DNA of 64,000 nt from Eledone cirrhosa (GCA_964016885.1 OZ024743.1:376588001-376652000); one strand, 5' to 3'. Shown: positions 13,670 to 30,456, counted from the stretch's first letter. The notes: a model not told the origin generated them from the sequence alone. Program-made: numbers and translations.

Positions 13670-14353
13670 GCAACAAGACAGTATTTTAACCCATTAAGAT
13701 TTCATTAAATCACTAAGACAAAAACAACAACAATAACAGCAACAACAGCAATAACAACAATAACAGCAGCAATAACGCCAATGCATCGTTAACTAACCCA
13801 TTAAATCACTAAGGTGTTAACTAATATTAATGGAGTAATGTTGTGCTCTTGTTGAAATGATGTAATGGCGTTTAATAGGTTAATGAAGTGTTGTGCCCTT
13901 AATGATCAGTTGGTATTTTAATGGCTTAAGAATATTGTTGTCTTGGTGAGTTGATGACATTTTATTGGCTTAAGGATGTGGTTTAATGAGATTTGCAGTC
14001 TTTAATGTCATGTGGGTTTAAGCAACAAAAACACATTTTAACCGATTAAAATTTCATTAAATCATTAAGACAATAACAACAACACTTCTTTAAACCCATT
14101 AATTCACCAAGGCATTAACAACAACAACACTTCTTTAACCAATTAAATCACTGAGACAATAAAAACAACAATGCCTCTTTAACCCATTAATTCACTAAGT
14201 AGTTAAGTGTCATTTTACTGGGATAATGTAGTTATGTTGCCGTAATGATTTAATGGTATTTAGGAAGTTAATGATGTTTTATTGTTTTAATGATTAGTTG
14301 GCATTTTAATGGGTTAAATTTGTGTTGTTGCCTTTGTAGTTTAATGAAATTTT
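13670..14353. repeat. ~40-bp minisatellite in alternating orientation
   Basis: AACCCATTAA..ATCACTAAGACAACAAC units; blocks run +,-,+,-. Confidence 0.75.
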
Positions 14354-14917
14354 GTATCTCTAAAATATTCGCATAACCATTAAATAGTTGACGCTGACCT
14401 TCATACAGCTTTCTCGTTCCGTTATTAAATGGATTATATATTTACTAAATTACAACCGCCATGTTTGGTCAACTAATTGCCCTATATAGTTAGGGAACTA
14501 AATGCACTTCGACTTCAATAATCTATTTATTTGTTTATATAATTATTAGTTGTTCCAGTCTAAACCAGTTTGCTTCCCAAGCAATCAGGGACTCCACCTA
14601 GCTGATATCTGAAACACCTTTGTATTTACTCACTGGCCTGTAACGTAGTAGAACGTATAATTGAAGACTTGTTATGTAAATAGTTGTCTTGTCTTATTGA
14701 TGTTGTATTGGTACAGCATGTATACAGATCATATGATAGCCGTAGACAAAGAAGTTGACGATGATTTCACCAGCTCCAGTTATTATAGAAATAAACCGGC
14801 ATATTTTAGTCTTCAACAACTTACAATTTGATAATCCGGCATTTATTAGACTTTAGCTTTTTACTTTCATGATTATTTTCTGTTGAACATGTTTACATTT
14901 CTCTCATATTGAGACAA

Positions 14918-14974
<57 letters not shown>

Positions 14975-15068
14975 GTCTGTCTGTCTGCCTGTCTGTCTGT
15001 CTGTCTGTCTGTCCGCCTGTCTTTCTATTTATCTAGCTACCTATCCATCTAGCTAGCTAGGTAGGTAG

Positions 15069-15196
<128 letters not shown>

Positions 15197-15643
15197 CTGT
15201 TAGTCTCTCGTTGTCTAGTAATACAAACATATATGAACAATAACAGGTCAGCAGATATTCTGTCAGTAATCATTTACAAAACGAAAATGTGAGAGGAAGG
15301 AATGGCTGGGTGGGAATTATTATGATTAATTATGTATGTAAATAAATGTAATTTGGCGATTAGAATACGTGCCTGGCTCTGATTGGTCAGCTCATGTGAC
15401 TGGTGTATGTTGTGAAGTGACGATAGATCTCTGTGGAGGAGGAACGGGTGTTTGCTTTATTTAGTATAGGATCAAGGGGCGGTGGATTGGCAAAATCATT
15501 AGAACGCCAGACGAATGCCTTGTTATATTTGATACGATTCTTTACGTTCAAAGTTCTCTTTCTTGTTTTCGGGGATCGATAAAGTAATGTACCAATCAAG
15601 TACTGGAATTGATTTAGTCGAATTTCTTCTACTCTAAATTAAT

Positions 15644-15827
15644 TGTTTCTACTTTTGGCACAAGGCCAGCAATTACCCAGTGTATTACTGGTACTTTATT
15701 TTATCGACCCCGTAAGGATGAAAGGCAAAGTTAATCTCGGCGGGATTTGAACTCAGAATGGAAAGGGCCGTAACTCTTTGCGTCAAAACATGGCGTCCGA
15801 CCCTCTACCGATACTGCCAATTCACCG
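15644..15827 (-). mobile_element. SINE family 1, young short-tail subfamily
   Basis: Near-identical to 19725-19908, 38950-39127 and 49357-49509. Confidence 0.92.
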
Positions 15828-16157
15828 TTAAATTAATGGTTTTGTGTGTGTCTAAATTAGAAATCATTTAACGTAGAATGTCAATTGGAAAGGATCTGCC
15901 TGAGAAATATTTCAAATTAAGACGAAACTGCTTTCGGACTCACAGGGCGGGGATAGGCAGGATTGGATTAAGACCTTGGAGGGGTCGGAGCACTTCAGAT
16001 ATTGAGGAGCCCTCATACTCAAGAAATTTACATATCGAGTTAGCTTGGCGCAGGTATTAAATTCAAAAATTCTAATCATCCTAAAACTAAAAAAGACCAA
16101 CTAAGGGCACAAATAAATTGTTATGCCCGCTACCATCATAAATCCGGTCCTGGAGAT

Positions 16158-16325
16158 AGGTGACTGATATAGATATGTACTGACTGTTATAGACATTGGG
16201 TGACTTATAGACATGTGGTGATTACTATAGACATGTGGACACCGTTATAGATATGTGGTGATTGCTATAGAAAAGTGATGACACATGTGGTGACTGCTTT
16301 AGACATGTGGTGACATGTGGACATA
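16158..16325. repeat. ~19-bp minisatellite
   Basis: TATAGACATGTGGTGACTG units. Confidence 0.8.
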
Positions 16326-16912
16326 TCCATGGCTATATGTTTGTCGTCCTCCTGCTATGACATTATGCTGCCATCCCCTCACCTGTTGTCACTTACATAT
16401 GGTCTCATAACCATCATCCTTCCCCCTTTCCACAACCTATGCTCCCAGCATCGAGTACAAACAGTTTTTCAGTCGAGTCAATAATCGGTAACTTCCTTAG
16501 TGTTGGTGCCACTATAAAACCAACACAGAACACTCTGTAAAGTTGTTATGTTAGGAAAAGCAGGCAGACTTCCAGCCGTAAAAATCATACAAAAAAAGCG
16601 ACAGTTTGAGAATACGCTTCAGTCACAACACGACAAACATTCTATTATTACTGACATGATGCACCCAGTACACCCTGTAACAGTGTTGACGAAAGGAAGT
16701 GCATCCAATAAAAACTTTGCAAAAAGAAAGTCGCGACGTAAAGATCTCTCCAGTGCTGGTGCTACGATAAAATGCACTGTGCACTTTATGGAATGTGAAA
16801 CCCGTGGTTTCGAATGAGTACTGACTAGCAGGGAAAGAAAACATTGAGTAATAGCGATGATGATGATGATGATACGCATACACACACACATATATATATA
16901 TGTATATATATA

Positions 16913-17019
<107 letters not shown>

Positions 17020-17124
17020 CTTTGTGTGTGTGTGTATATATATATATGTATATATATATATGCATATATATATATGTGTGTGTGTGTGTGAATATATATA
17101 TGTAAATATATATATATACATATT

Positions 17125-17219
<95 letters not shown>

Positions 17220-17226
17220 GTATATA

Positions 17227-17305
<79 letters not shown>

Positions 17306-17322
17306 GTATATATATAAATATG

Positions 17323-17356
<34 letters not shown>

Positions 17357-17357
17357 A

Positions 17358-17391
<34 letters not shown>

Positions 17392-17477
17392 GTTTATATA
17401 TATAAATATGTATATATTTACATATATATATATATGCATATATATATTCAAACACACATATATAAAAATATATATAT

Positions 17478-17598
<121 letters not shown>

Positions 17599-18253
17599 GT
17601 GGGAGAGAGTAATGTTGTCTCTGTGGATATATATAACGTGTTAGTGAGAACACAATGAAAATGATACGGAGTAATTAAATAAAACAAATGAGAAATAAAG
17701 AAAAATAGGAGAAAGACACACAGAAGGTGGTGGTGGTGGTGGTGAAATGTGAATATAAGTGTAAGAGGGAGACGGTGAGGGAGACAATGGGGGGGGGGGA
17801 GTAGACAAAGTGGGTAACTAAGTAAATGAAACGCGAACGTTGGTGGCCAGCGTTCTCTTTAGACAGGTATACGTACGTTATAGGGAATCTGAAAGGCACG
17901 TACGTTATATATAGAGATGTCTTGACACACAGGAAACCGATAATGTACACAAACACATCAGCACCTTCTACACGCCTTCTTCACCTCTTCCTCCTCCTCC
18001 TTCTGCTCCACTGCCTTCAGTCTTCTTCTTCTTCTTCTTCTTCTTCTTCTTCTTCTTCTTCTTCTTCTTCTTCTTCTTCTTCTATATATATATATATATA
18101 CACACATATTTATATGGTATATCGAAATATATATATATATATTCGCACACACACACACATACACACACTCACACATGCATATGTGTATATATGTATATAT
18201 GTATATATTATGTATGTTTATATATATATAGGTGTGTGTGTGTATGTATATAA

Positions 18254-18290
<37 letters not shown>

Positions 18291-18329
18291 TATATGTATA
18301 TATACACATATATACATATATATATATAC

Positions 18330-18386
<57 letters not shown>

Positions 18387-18504
18387 GCATACACACACAC
18401 ACACATATATATATATGTATACATATACATATATATATATATATTATATATATATATATGTATATATATATATGTATATATATATACATATATATATGTA
18501 TATA

Positions 18505-18546
<42 letters not shown>

Positions 18547-19149
18547 TATATATATATATATATATACAGATACACACACAAGTGTGTGATTATAGCTTTT
18601 CCTTTCTCACTATTTGCTCTTCAGTATACAGTTTTCGCTCTCCTTATACATACCCCCCCCCACCCACACACACCCACACACACTCACCCACACACACACC
18701 CGTACACACAGTCACACACTCCACTCCACCTTCCTCTCAGTCTGCTTCTCCTCCGGACACGGACAGCAAATATGAAAAATATCTCTTCAGTTAATTTTGC
18801 AAATATGATACAGGCGCATTCGCGTGCACACCCACAGACACATACACACACCTGCACACACACACACACACACACTCGTGTGCACTCACACATGCGCGCA
18901 CGCACTCACATATATGTATGTATAAGCAAATGTATATAAAAATTTATATATATTTATATATATATATATTCCCTCCGCCCACACACATATATATATATAT
19001 GTATATATATATAAATATTATATATATATATATGTATATGTGTGTGTGTATATATATATACATATATATTTATATATATAAATATTATAGATATATACAT
19101 ATATATGTATTTATATATATATAATATATATGTATATGTATGTGTATAT

Positions 19150-19180
<31 letters not shown>

Positions 19181-19181
19181 G

Positions 19182-19261
<80 letters not shown>

Positions 19262-19281
19262 AATATATATATATCTATATA

Positions 19282-19408
<127 letters not shown>

Positions 19409-19599
19409 CATATACATATATACATAGATCTGTGTATGCATGTGTGTGTGGGGGTGTAAAGTGAGAGAGATATAGAGAGGGGTGTTGTCGAGACATTGAT
19501 ATCAACAGTATAGTTGAGGCAAAATACCTCTAGTGGACCCTACTAGCCTACAGTGGGTCGTGGTACTTTCATATAAACAACCTAACCCCGAGGCATTTT

Positions 19600-20077
19600 C
19601 TTTAAGCCATATTAAAGACATTTTCATCCTTACGATGTCGATAAAATAAAGTACCAGTAACGCACTGGGTAATTGCTGGCCTTGTGCCAAAAGTAGAAAC
19701 AATTATTTATTTCTAGAAATAAATTGGATTGGCAGTATCAGTAGAGGGTCGGACGCCATGCTTTGACGCATAGAGTTACGGCCCTTGCCATTCTGAGTTC
19801 AAATCCTGCCGAGGTTAACTTTGCCTTTCATCCTTACGGGGTTGATAAAATAAAGTACCAGTAATGTACTGGTTAATTGCTGGCCTTGTGCCAAAAGTAG
19901 AAACAATTATTTATTTCTAGAAATGGTCCTTTACGTTCTGATCACAAATACCGCCGAGGGTAGCTTTACCTTTCCATCCTTAGGGTTCGATAAAATGAAG
20001 TACCAGTAATGCACTGGGGTCGTTTTAATCGACTTTCCCCTCCCCCAAAATTGCTGGCCTTCTGTCTATAGTAGAAA
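19600..20077 (+). mobile_element. Cluster of three SINE family 1 copies
   Basis: Core repeated three times; the middle copy is flanked by the direct repeat AATTATTTATTTCTAGAAAT (TSD). Confidence 0.9.
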
Positions 20078-20628
20078 TAATATATTTCTAAAGATTTCCT
20101 CTACAGAAAACAATGAGAATTATTGTCGTTTCATAACAAAATCATCGCTGTATTTTTTTTTTTTGTTATTGTTGTTGTTCGTGTTGTTAACGGTATTGAT
20201 TATGATGATGATGATGGTGATAGTGGTGGGGATAGTCGTGGTGGTATTATTTAAACAATAAACACATATATGTATATATAGCCACCCAACACACCCACAC
20301 ATATAATTTTCCTTATAATATATATGTATATATAACTTTTATTATTATAAATATATATATAGGATAAAATTTGTCTTGTCATATATTTATTCATAAAATT
20401 AATGCAAATAAAAATAAGATTTTAAATATTTTCTAATAATATTTATTTAATTTCCGTTTCTGTCAGTTCCACATTTCAAATTATCATTAAATATGGCAAC
20501 ATGTTCGCAAATGGAAGTTTAGCAAATTCTTTGATTGGATTTCGAATTAATTTTCGGTTTTTAGATTGTCTAATTTACACCTCTACACCCACATACTCCA
20601 ACACCACATACATCCATACACATATATG

Positions 20629-20660
<32 letters not shown>

Positions 20661-20856
20661 TGTATGTATGTATGTATGTATGTATGTATGTATGTGTGAA
20701 TTGTTGCATATACATACATCTCCGTATATGTATATATATTAATATACATATATACATATATATACATACATAAATACATATATATATAGCTATGTGTGTA
20801 TATACATATATATGTATGTATATATATATATATATACACATATATATATATACATA

Positions 20857-20938
<82 letters not shown>

Positions 20939-20949
20939 TATATATATAC

Positions 20950-21202
<253 letters not shown>

Positions 21203-21236
21203 GGACTACCCTAAGTTCCTTACCACATTTCCTTCG

Positions 21237-21329
<93 letters not shown>

Positions 21330-21623
21330 AACACAAATACATATGTATGTGTATGAATACATGTATCTATGAGCATATACATATCTAATAACGGTTAAAT
21401 ACGTAAATATATAGAATTTATAAACAGCATTATGTATTTGTAAACTGTAATTATTGATTAAAAACAGGAAACTAAGTGAGTTTTTGTTCAGTAAGCAGTT
21501 TATAATCTGTGCTCTATACGTATATATATATATTTCCCCACTACCACCCCACTCTCAAGAGCGTGAAATTAATAAACATTCGTTGTACTGCCTCTCTGTT
21601 TTGTTCCTGTTAAAATTTTCCAT

Positions 21624-21655
<32 letters not shown>

Positions 21656-21721
21656 ATTAATAATAATAAATTTCAAGACTAAAATCCAAAGAGGGCTCGA
21701 TAAGGATAAACTTTAATCTGT

Positions 21722-21777
<56 letters not shown>

Positions 21778-21798
21778 TTATATATATATATATATCTT

Positions 21799-21837
<39 letters not shown>

Positions 21838-22334
21838 CCTTATATATATATATATACATATATATATATACATATATATGTATATTACACATACACATAC
21901 TCACACACACACACATATATATATATATAGCTCTAGCTAACGTTTGCAAATTTCATCTACATGCCAAGAAATCCAATCTAATGTGCAACAAGAAGAATAA
22001 AATTATTTATGTAATTAATAATATTGATTATATATTCACATTACCTAAAACATTCCTTATTATCTCACCAACGAATATGTGTATTTCTCTTCATAATAAA
22101 TCTTGAAATCCTATCTAAAGTGAAATATTTTATATTCTTAGAAGATTCATTAGAACACTTTAATTGTATTAAAATCTTACAGGTAGACTATATATTCTGA
22201 TTCATGGCCATCTGTTCCCGAGGGGATAAATAATAACTCGTCCTATATAGTTATGCCTGTATATATATATACATACATATATACATACATACATATATAC
22301 GTACATACATACATATATATATATACATACATAT

Positions 22335-22368
<34 letters not shown>

Positions 22369-22504
22369 TAGAAAGTGAGGTTTTTTTACAAAGTGAAAAA
22401 TAACCGAGGTGTCCTACACGAGTGAAAGTCTAAAGAAAAAAAGGTTAAATCGAAAATGCAACTGGAGTTTTATTTAAAAACATATATATATATTTATTTG
22501 GTTC

Positions 22505-22540
22505 CTTTACCGGTTTCGCAGTTCTTCTGCTTTTCAAAAG
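22505..22540 (-). ncRNA. Variant minimal hammerhead (U3-A8 core), family F
   Basis: Minus strand CTT-TTGAAAA-GCAG AAGAA CTGC-GAAA-CCGG-TA/AAG, inside element 22369-22592. Confidence 0.7.
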
Positions 22541-22589
22541 TAGAGTTGAGATGGAGGGTCTGTGGTTTTTTCTCACGTCTGTGGTTTTT

Positions 22590-22691
<102 letters not shown>

Positions 22692-23117
22692 TATAATGAT
22701 CTATTCTACATATTTATCAACGTGCTGGTTTTGAGAAAGCTATATAGTTATATCTGCATATATATTATTTAAAAATACACACACACATACACATATATAT
22801 ATGCATGTATATGTGTGTGTGTGTATATAGCATTCAATTAATGTGAAACATACACTTGCATATATTACACGGGCTGCAAAATATTTTCTATACATAATGT
22901 AGTGTCGACTACTTTATTTATAAAAAAAAATGTAAGAAATGTTGCATATATCATCATCAGCGTTTGACATCCATTTTACCAAGCTAGCATGGGTTAGACG
23001 AGTTGTTGGACGCTGTGACCCCGGGTAGTCCAGCAGTACCGTTGGTGGTGGTAGAAATCTTGCTGTGCCCTTAAAAAATTGTTTTTCGTTTTGCCCTTTT
23101 TCCGTTCCTTGTCTTAT

Positions 23118-23344
<227 letters not shown>

Positions 23345-23517
23345 TATAAATACATAATCGGAGAAAGCTAAAAGCGATACTCCGGCCAAATTCCAACTCA
23401 CTCAACAATCATTAGGAAATACCAAGTATATTCCCAATTAAACGCTTGGCGTGCTAACTATATTGTATTGTGTGGATAATTGGCTGTATTATTTCATATG
23501 AGATATATCAAATATAT

Positions 23518-23602
<85 letters not shown>

Positions 23603-23644
23603 ATAATATTAATAAACGGAAATTATCTTTATAAAACCATTTTT

Positions 23645-23704
23645 ATTTTATTATATATATTTCAAGAGTACCCAAATTTTTGATACGCTCTCATCAGATA
23701 AAAT
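23645..23704 (-). ncRNA. Type I hammerhead ribozyme, family H
   Basis: Minus strand ATTTTAT-CTGATGA-GAGCGTATCAA..TGGGTACTCTT-GAAA-TATATA-TA/ATAAAAT. Confidence 0.8.
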
Positions 23705-23783
23705 ACAAAAGTTGTTTTACGCTAGTGACATATTCAAGACAAGAATTTAGCGTTTTGAGTTATGTTTGAATAGTTTCTCATTG

Positions 23784-23826
<43 letters not shown>

Positions 23827-23829
<3 letters not shown>

Positions 23830-23935
23830 TAGTTCCACAACAGTTAGTTCACCATACCGAGAACAAATGTTTCACCTTATGCAGTCCCATGGACTAAGTG
23901 CTCTACTACTACGGATATAACCCTTCAGTGTCCGA

Positions 23936-23939
<4 letters not shown>
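23827..23939. mobile_element. PLE family A fragment with internal inversion
   Basis: 23827-23880 is homologous to 1860-1912 (minus) and is joined to a tail homologous to 2025-2075 (plus); TA on both sides. Confidence 0.75.
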
Positions 23940-24012
<73 letters not shown>

Positions 24013-24023
24013 GTATGTATATA

Positions 24024-24056
<33 letters not shown>

Positions 24057-24134
24057 GTATATATATACATATATATAAATATGTGTGTGTGTATGTATAT
24101 ATATGTATATATATATATATAAATATATATATAT

Positions 24135-24200
<66 letters not shown>

Positions 24201-24241
24201 TATATTAGAGCAAAAATCACGAGCACTCCATCTCAAAATTA

Positions 24242-24277
24242 TTTTTGAAAAGCATAAGAAATGCGCAACCGGTAAAA
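24242..24277 (+). ncRNA. Variant hammerhead-like motif (U3-A8, GCAA), family G
   Basis: TTT-TTGAAAA-GCAT AAGAA ATGC-GCAA-CCGG-TA/AAA, in element ~24205-24430. Confidence 0.55.
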
Positions 24278-24428
24278 ACTTAAAACTAAAACTGAATACT
24301 AACTAATACTTATTACTAATTTATACTACTTATTCCTAATTAAACTATTTTTCACTGGGAACAATTTGTCAGCATTTTCTTTTCCTTTCTACTAATATAT
24401 CACAACTCGTGCGTCAACACCTCTATTT

Positions 24429-24487
<59 letters not shown>

Positions 24488-25280
24488 TTATTTGTTTGAC
24501 CCGAATTACTTGGTCGTTTTTATGGTTGTGCGGGTGATTGTTTAACCATCGTCTCAGTGTCTTTGGCCTTTAACGTATGTTGTAGCTCTGGTTCATCTGA
24601 ATCATTGAGCGCTTGCCACACATCTCGGAAGTTGTTTTTGGTTAATTCCTAAGCCGAAATACGATTCTCGCTAATTTATATTTGTATATATATAGTAATA
24701 ATAATAAATTTGAAGACTAAAATCCAAAGAGAGGATAAATATATTACAAACATATAAGAACCCTAGAGCAAATATTCTTTGCTTAAACTTTAATCTGTTA
24801 TTTTAATAAATATACATATGGTGAACTAACTGTTGTGGAACTACTTATATATATATATATATATTGTAAAAGTAAATAACAACAACATATATGTATGTAT
24901 GTATATAATAAGGAAATATAGAAATTATACAAAGATATCGAACAGGATCCAAGGGTGTTGGGAACGAATGGGTGGACTGATTGAACTGAACGGAATCACG
25001 ACATAAACAAGTTAGATATTGTCCTAGTCTCACGTGAGGAGCAGTCGATCATTTATACCTCTGTATTTGATACATTTTGTGTTATTCCTGATGAAGGGCA
25101 AACGCCCGATAGGGTTTGGCTATGTGTATACGGGAGTTTTGCGTCTGTGTGAGTATGCAGGTTCGTACGGATGGTGGGTGTGTGTATATGTGTACTTCTT
25201 GTTTGCTTGTATGTATTTATTTATTTCTATTACTTCTGTATTGTATTTATTTACTTTGTTCTTAACTCCTAGTTAGAATT

Positions 25281-25548
25281 TTAGTCTACGACTTCTGCTA
25301 TACCATTTGCGTGGTTTTGTCTTTGCGTGCTATTGTTCTCTACGGTCCACATATGACGTATTATCTTCGTTTTTTCGTTCATTGCCAGAGAACGTCTCTA
25401 TGCACCACCTAAGAGAACATTAGTCTACGACCTCTTTTATACCATAAACGTGGTTCTGTCTTTGCGCGTAATTGTTTTTCACCGCTCCTATTAATGACGT
25501 ATTATTCGTTTTTTCCTGTTCTTTGCCAGCGAACGTTTCCACAAACCA
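25281..25548 (+). repeat. Diverged ~140-bp tandem duplication inside a TA-flanked element
   Basis: TTAGTCTACGAC..TATACCAT..CGTGGTT.TGTCTTTGCG..ATGACGTATTAT..TTGCCAG.GAACGT occurs twice. Confidence 0.8.
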
Positions 25549-25697
25549 AAATATCGTCTTCCTGTCTTCCCCCGGTTGCAACGTTTTTTGAAATATCCAG
25601 TTCTGCGTGTACAGATTGACTTTGTTAGTTTCAGAAGATCCCGTTAAGGGTGAAAGCAGCGATTCTTTGCTTAAACTTTAATCTGTTATTTTAATAA

Positions 25698-25746
<49 letters not shown>

Positions 25747-25749
25747 AAC

Positions 25750-26003
25750 AGATGAAATCGAAAATACAACTGGAGTCTTATTTAAAAAAATATTTATATA
25801 TTTATTTGGTTCCTTTACCGGTTTCGCAGTTCTTCTGCTTTTCAAAAGTAGAGTTGAGATGGAGGGTCTGTGAGAAAAACCACAGACCCTCCATCTCAAC
25901 TCTACTTTTGAAAAGCAGAAGAACTGCGAAACCGGTAAAGGAACCAAATAAATATATAAATATTTTTTAAAATGAAACTCCAGTTACATTTTCGATTTCA
26001 TCT
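25750..26003. repeat. 123-bp-arm fold-back palindrome of PLE family F
   Basis: 25750-25872 versus 25881-26003, 8-nt spacer, a few distal mismatches; carries HHRs at 25813-25848 (-) and 25905-25940 (+). Confidence 0.95.
25905..25940 (+). ncRNA. Variant minimal hammerhead (U3-A8 core), family F
   Basis: CTT-TTGAAAA-GCAG AAGAA CTGC-GAAA-CCGG-TA/AAG, followed by AATAAA. Confidence 0.7.
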
Positions 26004-26075
26004 TTTTTTCTTTATACTTTCACTCGTGTAGGGCACCTCGGTAATTTTTCATTTTGTAAAAAAAAACCTCCCTTT

Positions 26076-26141
<66 letters not shown>

Positions 26142-27291
26142 AACAAATAAACTTCCTGATACTCGACGTAGTAAAAGCAAGATGACCAAATGTCAGGCAA
26201 TAGCGGACATATTCTATTTTGTATCGGTCATTTTTAAAACCTCCGGTGTCCTCAGTTTTCCCGAACTACCATTTTTATCCTCAAAATCGGGATGGGAGCA
26301 TCGCACCTGAAATAGAAGACATTTAATGCAGCGGGTGTCACTGGCTGATAGTTGCTGCAATGTTTTCGCCATCTTGTTCACGGGGTGCAGCTAAGATATA
26401 TGCTGTCCAGCGGAGCTTGTAAAATTCGCCCCAACCCTTGTTTTACCTTCCCCTCTTTTTTCTTTAAAAAACAAACAAACTTACATTTAATTGTTTCTGG
26501 GCTATTGCCCTTTATCAAGATTGTGTATCTCTCTTCTGTCACTCACTAGAACTCTTGAGAATATATAGTATTCTCTAAAGAATAATACATCGGTTGATTA
26601 GCCTAATTTGCATACCGAGTGATTTTTCGGCTGGTTTGTAAAAACACGGAATATCGTTTTCGCTCTAACATAGCGGATACTTAAATGTATTCGTGAGTTT
26701 CAAGCAAACAGCCCCATTGCGCTTTGTATTTTAGATGACCATTACCATCATTTTGTTCTAACAGTAACAGAAAGAAACTGTTTGCTTGCAAACGAATCGA
26801 ATATTATTCTTATTAGATATAAACCCACAAATGTATTTATTTTTAATTGTTTTCTATGAATTCTAAATAAAGAACATTCATATATTCCGTACATTAAAGA
26901 TAAAATAAATAACCACAACTTTCAATATAACCCTTCACCCTCATCTCCCCTTAATTACATGTCGTTCAACATTTCAATGTGGTTATAAATTAACTTCACT
27001 TGAAGTTAAACTGAAGATATTTGTCTGTGATGGGGTTTTTTTTAGAAAAAAAAAAATGTCTAGTCTTGTTAGAACTTGTTGACCTCTCTATAATTTTATC
27101 AGTGGAAACACTTTTCAATCTGTTTTTAATGCAGTCATTTCAGAAAATCTGGCGCCTCTATTAATTTCCATTCACTTTTTCATTCCCTTTCTCTGAAAAA
27201 CTGCAAACTTTTCACCATTTGTTTGTTTAAAGACAACACAAACGCAACTGAAATATTTGAATCTATGATGATAATTATATTAGCTTGTTAC

Positions 27292-27352
<61 letters not shown>

Positions 27353-27805
27353 GGTGGTGGTGGTCGTCGTCGTCATCGTCGTCGTGGTTGTGGTTGTAAT
27401 AGTGGTGGTGGTGGTAATGATTGGGTATATATAGAAAGTCTAATTGTGTAGTTTCTCACTCACCCCACCCCCACTCCTGCCTGAGTCTCCCACCGGGGAC
27501 AAAAGTTTCCTACTACAGACTTGTATTGACCAAAGCCTAGTGGGTGAAATTTGTAGACGTTAGTTGTGCGGAATCCTGTTATCATCCTCTCTCCTCGCAA
27601 TGCGACAGCGGGAATCGAAGACACGATCGTGTGCCGAGCACATTAACCACTAAGCTACACACCTTTACACTATTTGTTTGCAGAGACTTAAAACTTTCGT
27701 CTGGCTGTTGTCGTTAGTACTGAGTTATTATCGGATAAGATTCCTTATCTCTCTGCCACACTTCGTGTTTCTACTCTGTACCCAACTGGCCTATGATAAT
27801 ACTTT

Positions 27806-28100
27806 CTAAAATTTAGCCCAACGCCAGTAAGTTGGGGAAATGGGGGAATGTCGATTGTACTGACACCAGTATATTACTAGTATTTTATTTTTTCGACTGT
27901 AGAAGGATGAAATGTAAAGTTGATCTCGGAGGGATTTGATCTGAGAACGTAGAAAGTTGTGATTAAATAACGCAACCAGAAATACTAACTTAATACACCT
28001 AACATGTAACAAACAGAAAATAATGAAAAGTTGATATCGGCGAGATTTGACCTCAAAACATAGAGAGCCGGATGAAATACTGTCGCAAGGTATTTTCCCC
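27806..28100 (-). mobile_element. Two diverged SINE family 1 copies
   Basis: GGATGAAATGTAAAGTTGATCTCGG and GAAAAGTTGATATCGGCGAGATTTGA cores. Confidence 0.7.
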
Positions 28101-28154
28101 GACTCACAAATGATTCCATCTACATATCAACCACATACATACACACACACACAT

Positions 28155-28972
<818 letters not shown>

Positions 28973-29376
28973 CGTCTATTTGGTATGTGGATGGAACCAA
29001 CAGATTTCAACATTATTCAACAATTCATTAGAATTCAATCATCCTCCCCCTCTCTCATTCTCCATCTCTCCCTCCTCTCTCTTTCTCCCCCTCATCTCTA
29101 TTCCTCTCTCTCTACCTCTCTCCTCATTCTCTCTTTCACTCTCTCTCTCTCTCTCTCGCTAGTAACCATGAGAGAAGCTACTGCATTAAAATGTAAAGAT
29201 GCATGTAGTGCAAGGACGCAACCTCAATTACATAATGGTGCATGGTTGACTGCCGGACAATAATTACATCACAGGTTGTAAATATATATGTACATAAATA
29301 CTCACACAAACACACATACACACACATGCATACACACACATACGTATATATATAAAGAGAGATATTAGATGTATTA

Positions 29377-29447
<71 letters not shown>

Positions 29448-29480
29448 GGAACTTAATGCTTACCTGTGTTTTCTCTTTTA

Positions 29481-29528
<48 letters not shown>

Positions 29529-29621
29529 CATATATTATATATATTATATATATATTACATATATATATTATATATATATTATATATATTTAGTTATGTAA
29601 TAAACAACATAAAATAATTAT

Positions 29622-29682
29622 TTCATTTACCAGTGGTTTCTTGATGTCAGATGTTGTGTCTGTTTTCAGTCGTTAGAATGAA
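29622..29682 (-). ncRNA. Hammerhead motif with G5A core mutation, family I
   Basis: Minus strand TTCATT-CTAACGA-CTGAAAACAGA..TCTGACATCAA-GAAA-CCACTGG-TA/AATGAA; probably inactive. Confidence 0.65.
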
Positions 29683-30058
29683 TAAAAAACATATATATAT
29701 AATATATATACACATTTATATATATATAAATATATATATTATATATATATAAATATATATATTATATATATATAAATATATATATTTATATATAAATATA
29801 TATATTATATATATATAAATATATACATATATATACTATATATACATATATATACATATATATACTATATATATGTATATATATGTATATACATATATGT
29901 ATATACATATATATACATATATATACTATATATACATATATATACATATATATACATATATATACATATATATACTATATATATATATTATATATATATA
30001 CATATATATGAATATATTATATATATATTATATACATATGTATATATTATATATATAT

Positions 30059-30090
<32 letters not shown>

Positions 30091-30181
30091 AATTATATAT
30101 ATATATAGATATATATAAATATAGATATATATAATATATATAAATATATATATATAATGTATATATTATATATATTGTATA

Positions 30182-30211
<30 letters not shown>

Positions 30212-30214
<3 letters not shown>

Positions 30215-30338
30215 GGAACCAGTAAGACCCCGACAGCTGAGCTCAAGCCGTTTCGACGGCTAATTCTGGACTAATTTTGTCCAGAATTAGCCGTCGAAAC
30301 GGCTTGAGCTCAGCTGTCGGGGTCTTACTGGTTCCTAT
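30212..30338. repeat. 60-bp-arm fold-back palindrome of PLE family C (3' half of HHR)
   Basis: 30212-30271 versus 30279-30338; contains GTC-GAAA-CGGCT TGAGCTC AGCTG-TC/GGGG; element runs to ~30417. Confidence 0.9.
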
Positions 30339-30414
30339 TACCCACTCTACTACCTCAAGTATTGAGTACTTTGGTGCGTTATGGTCCACCTGGTTCCTTA
30401 CCACATTTCCTTCG

Positions 30415-30456
<42 letters not shown>

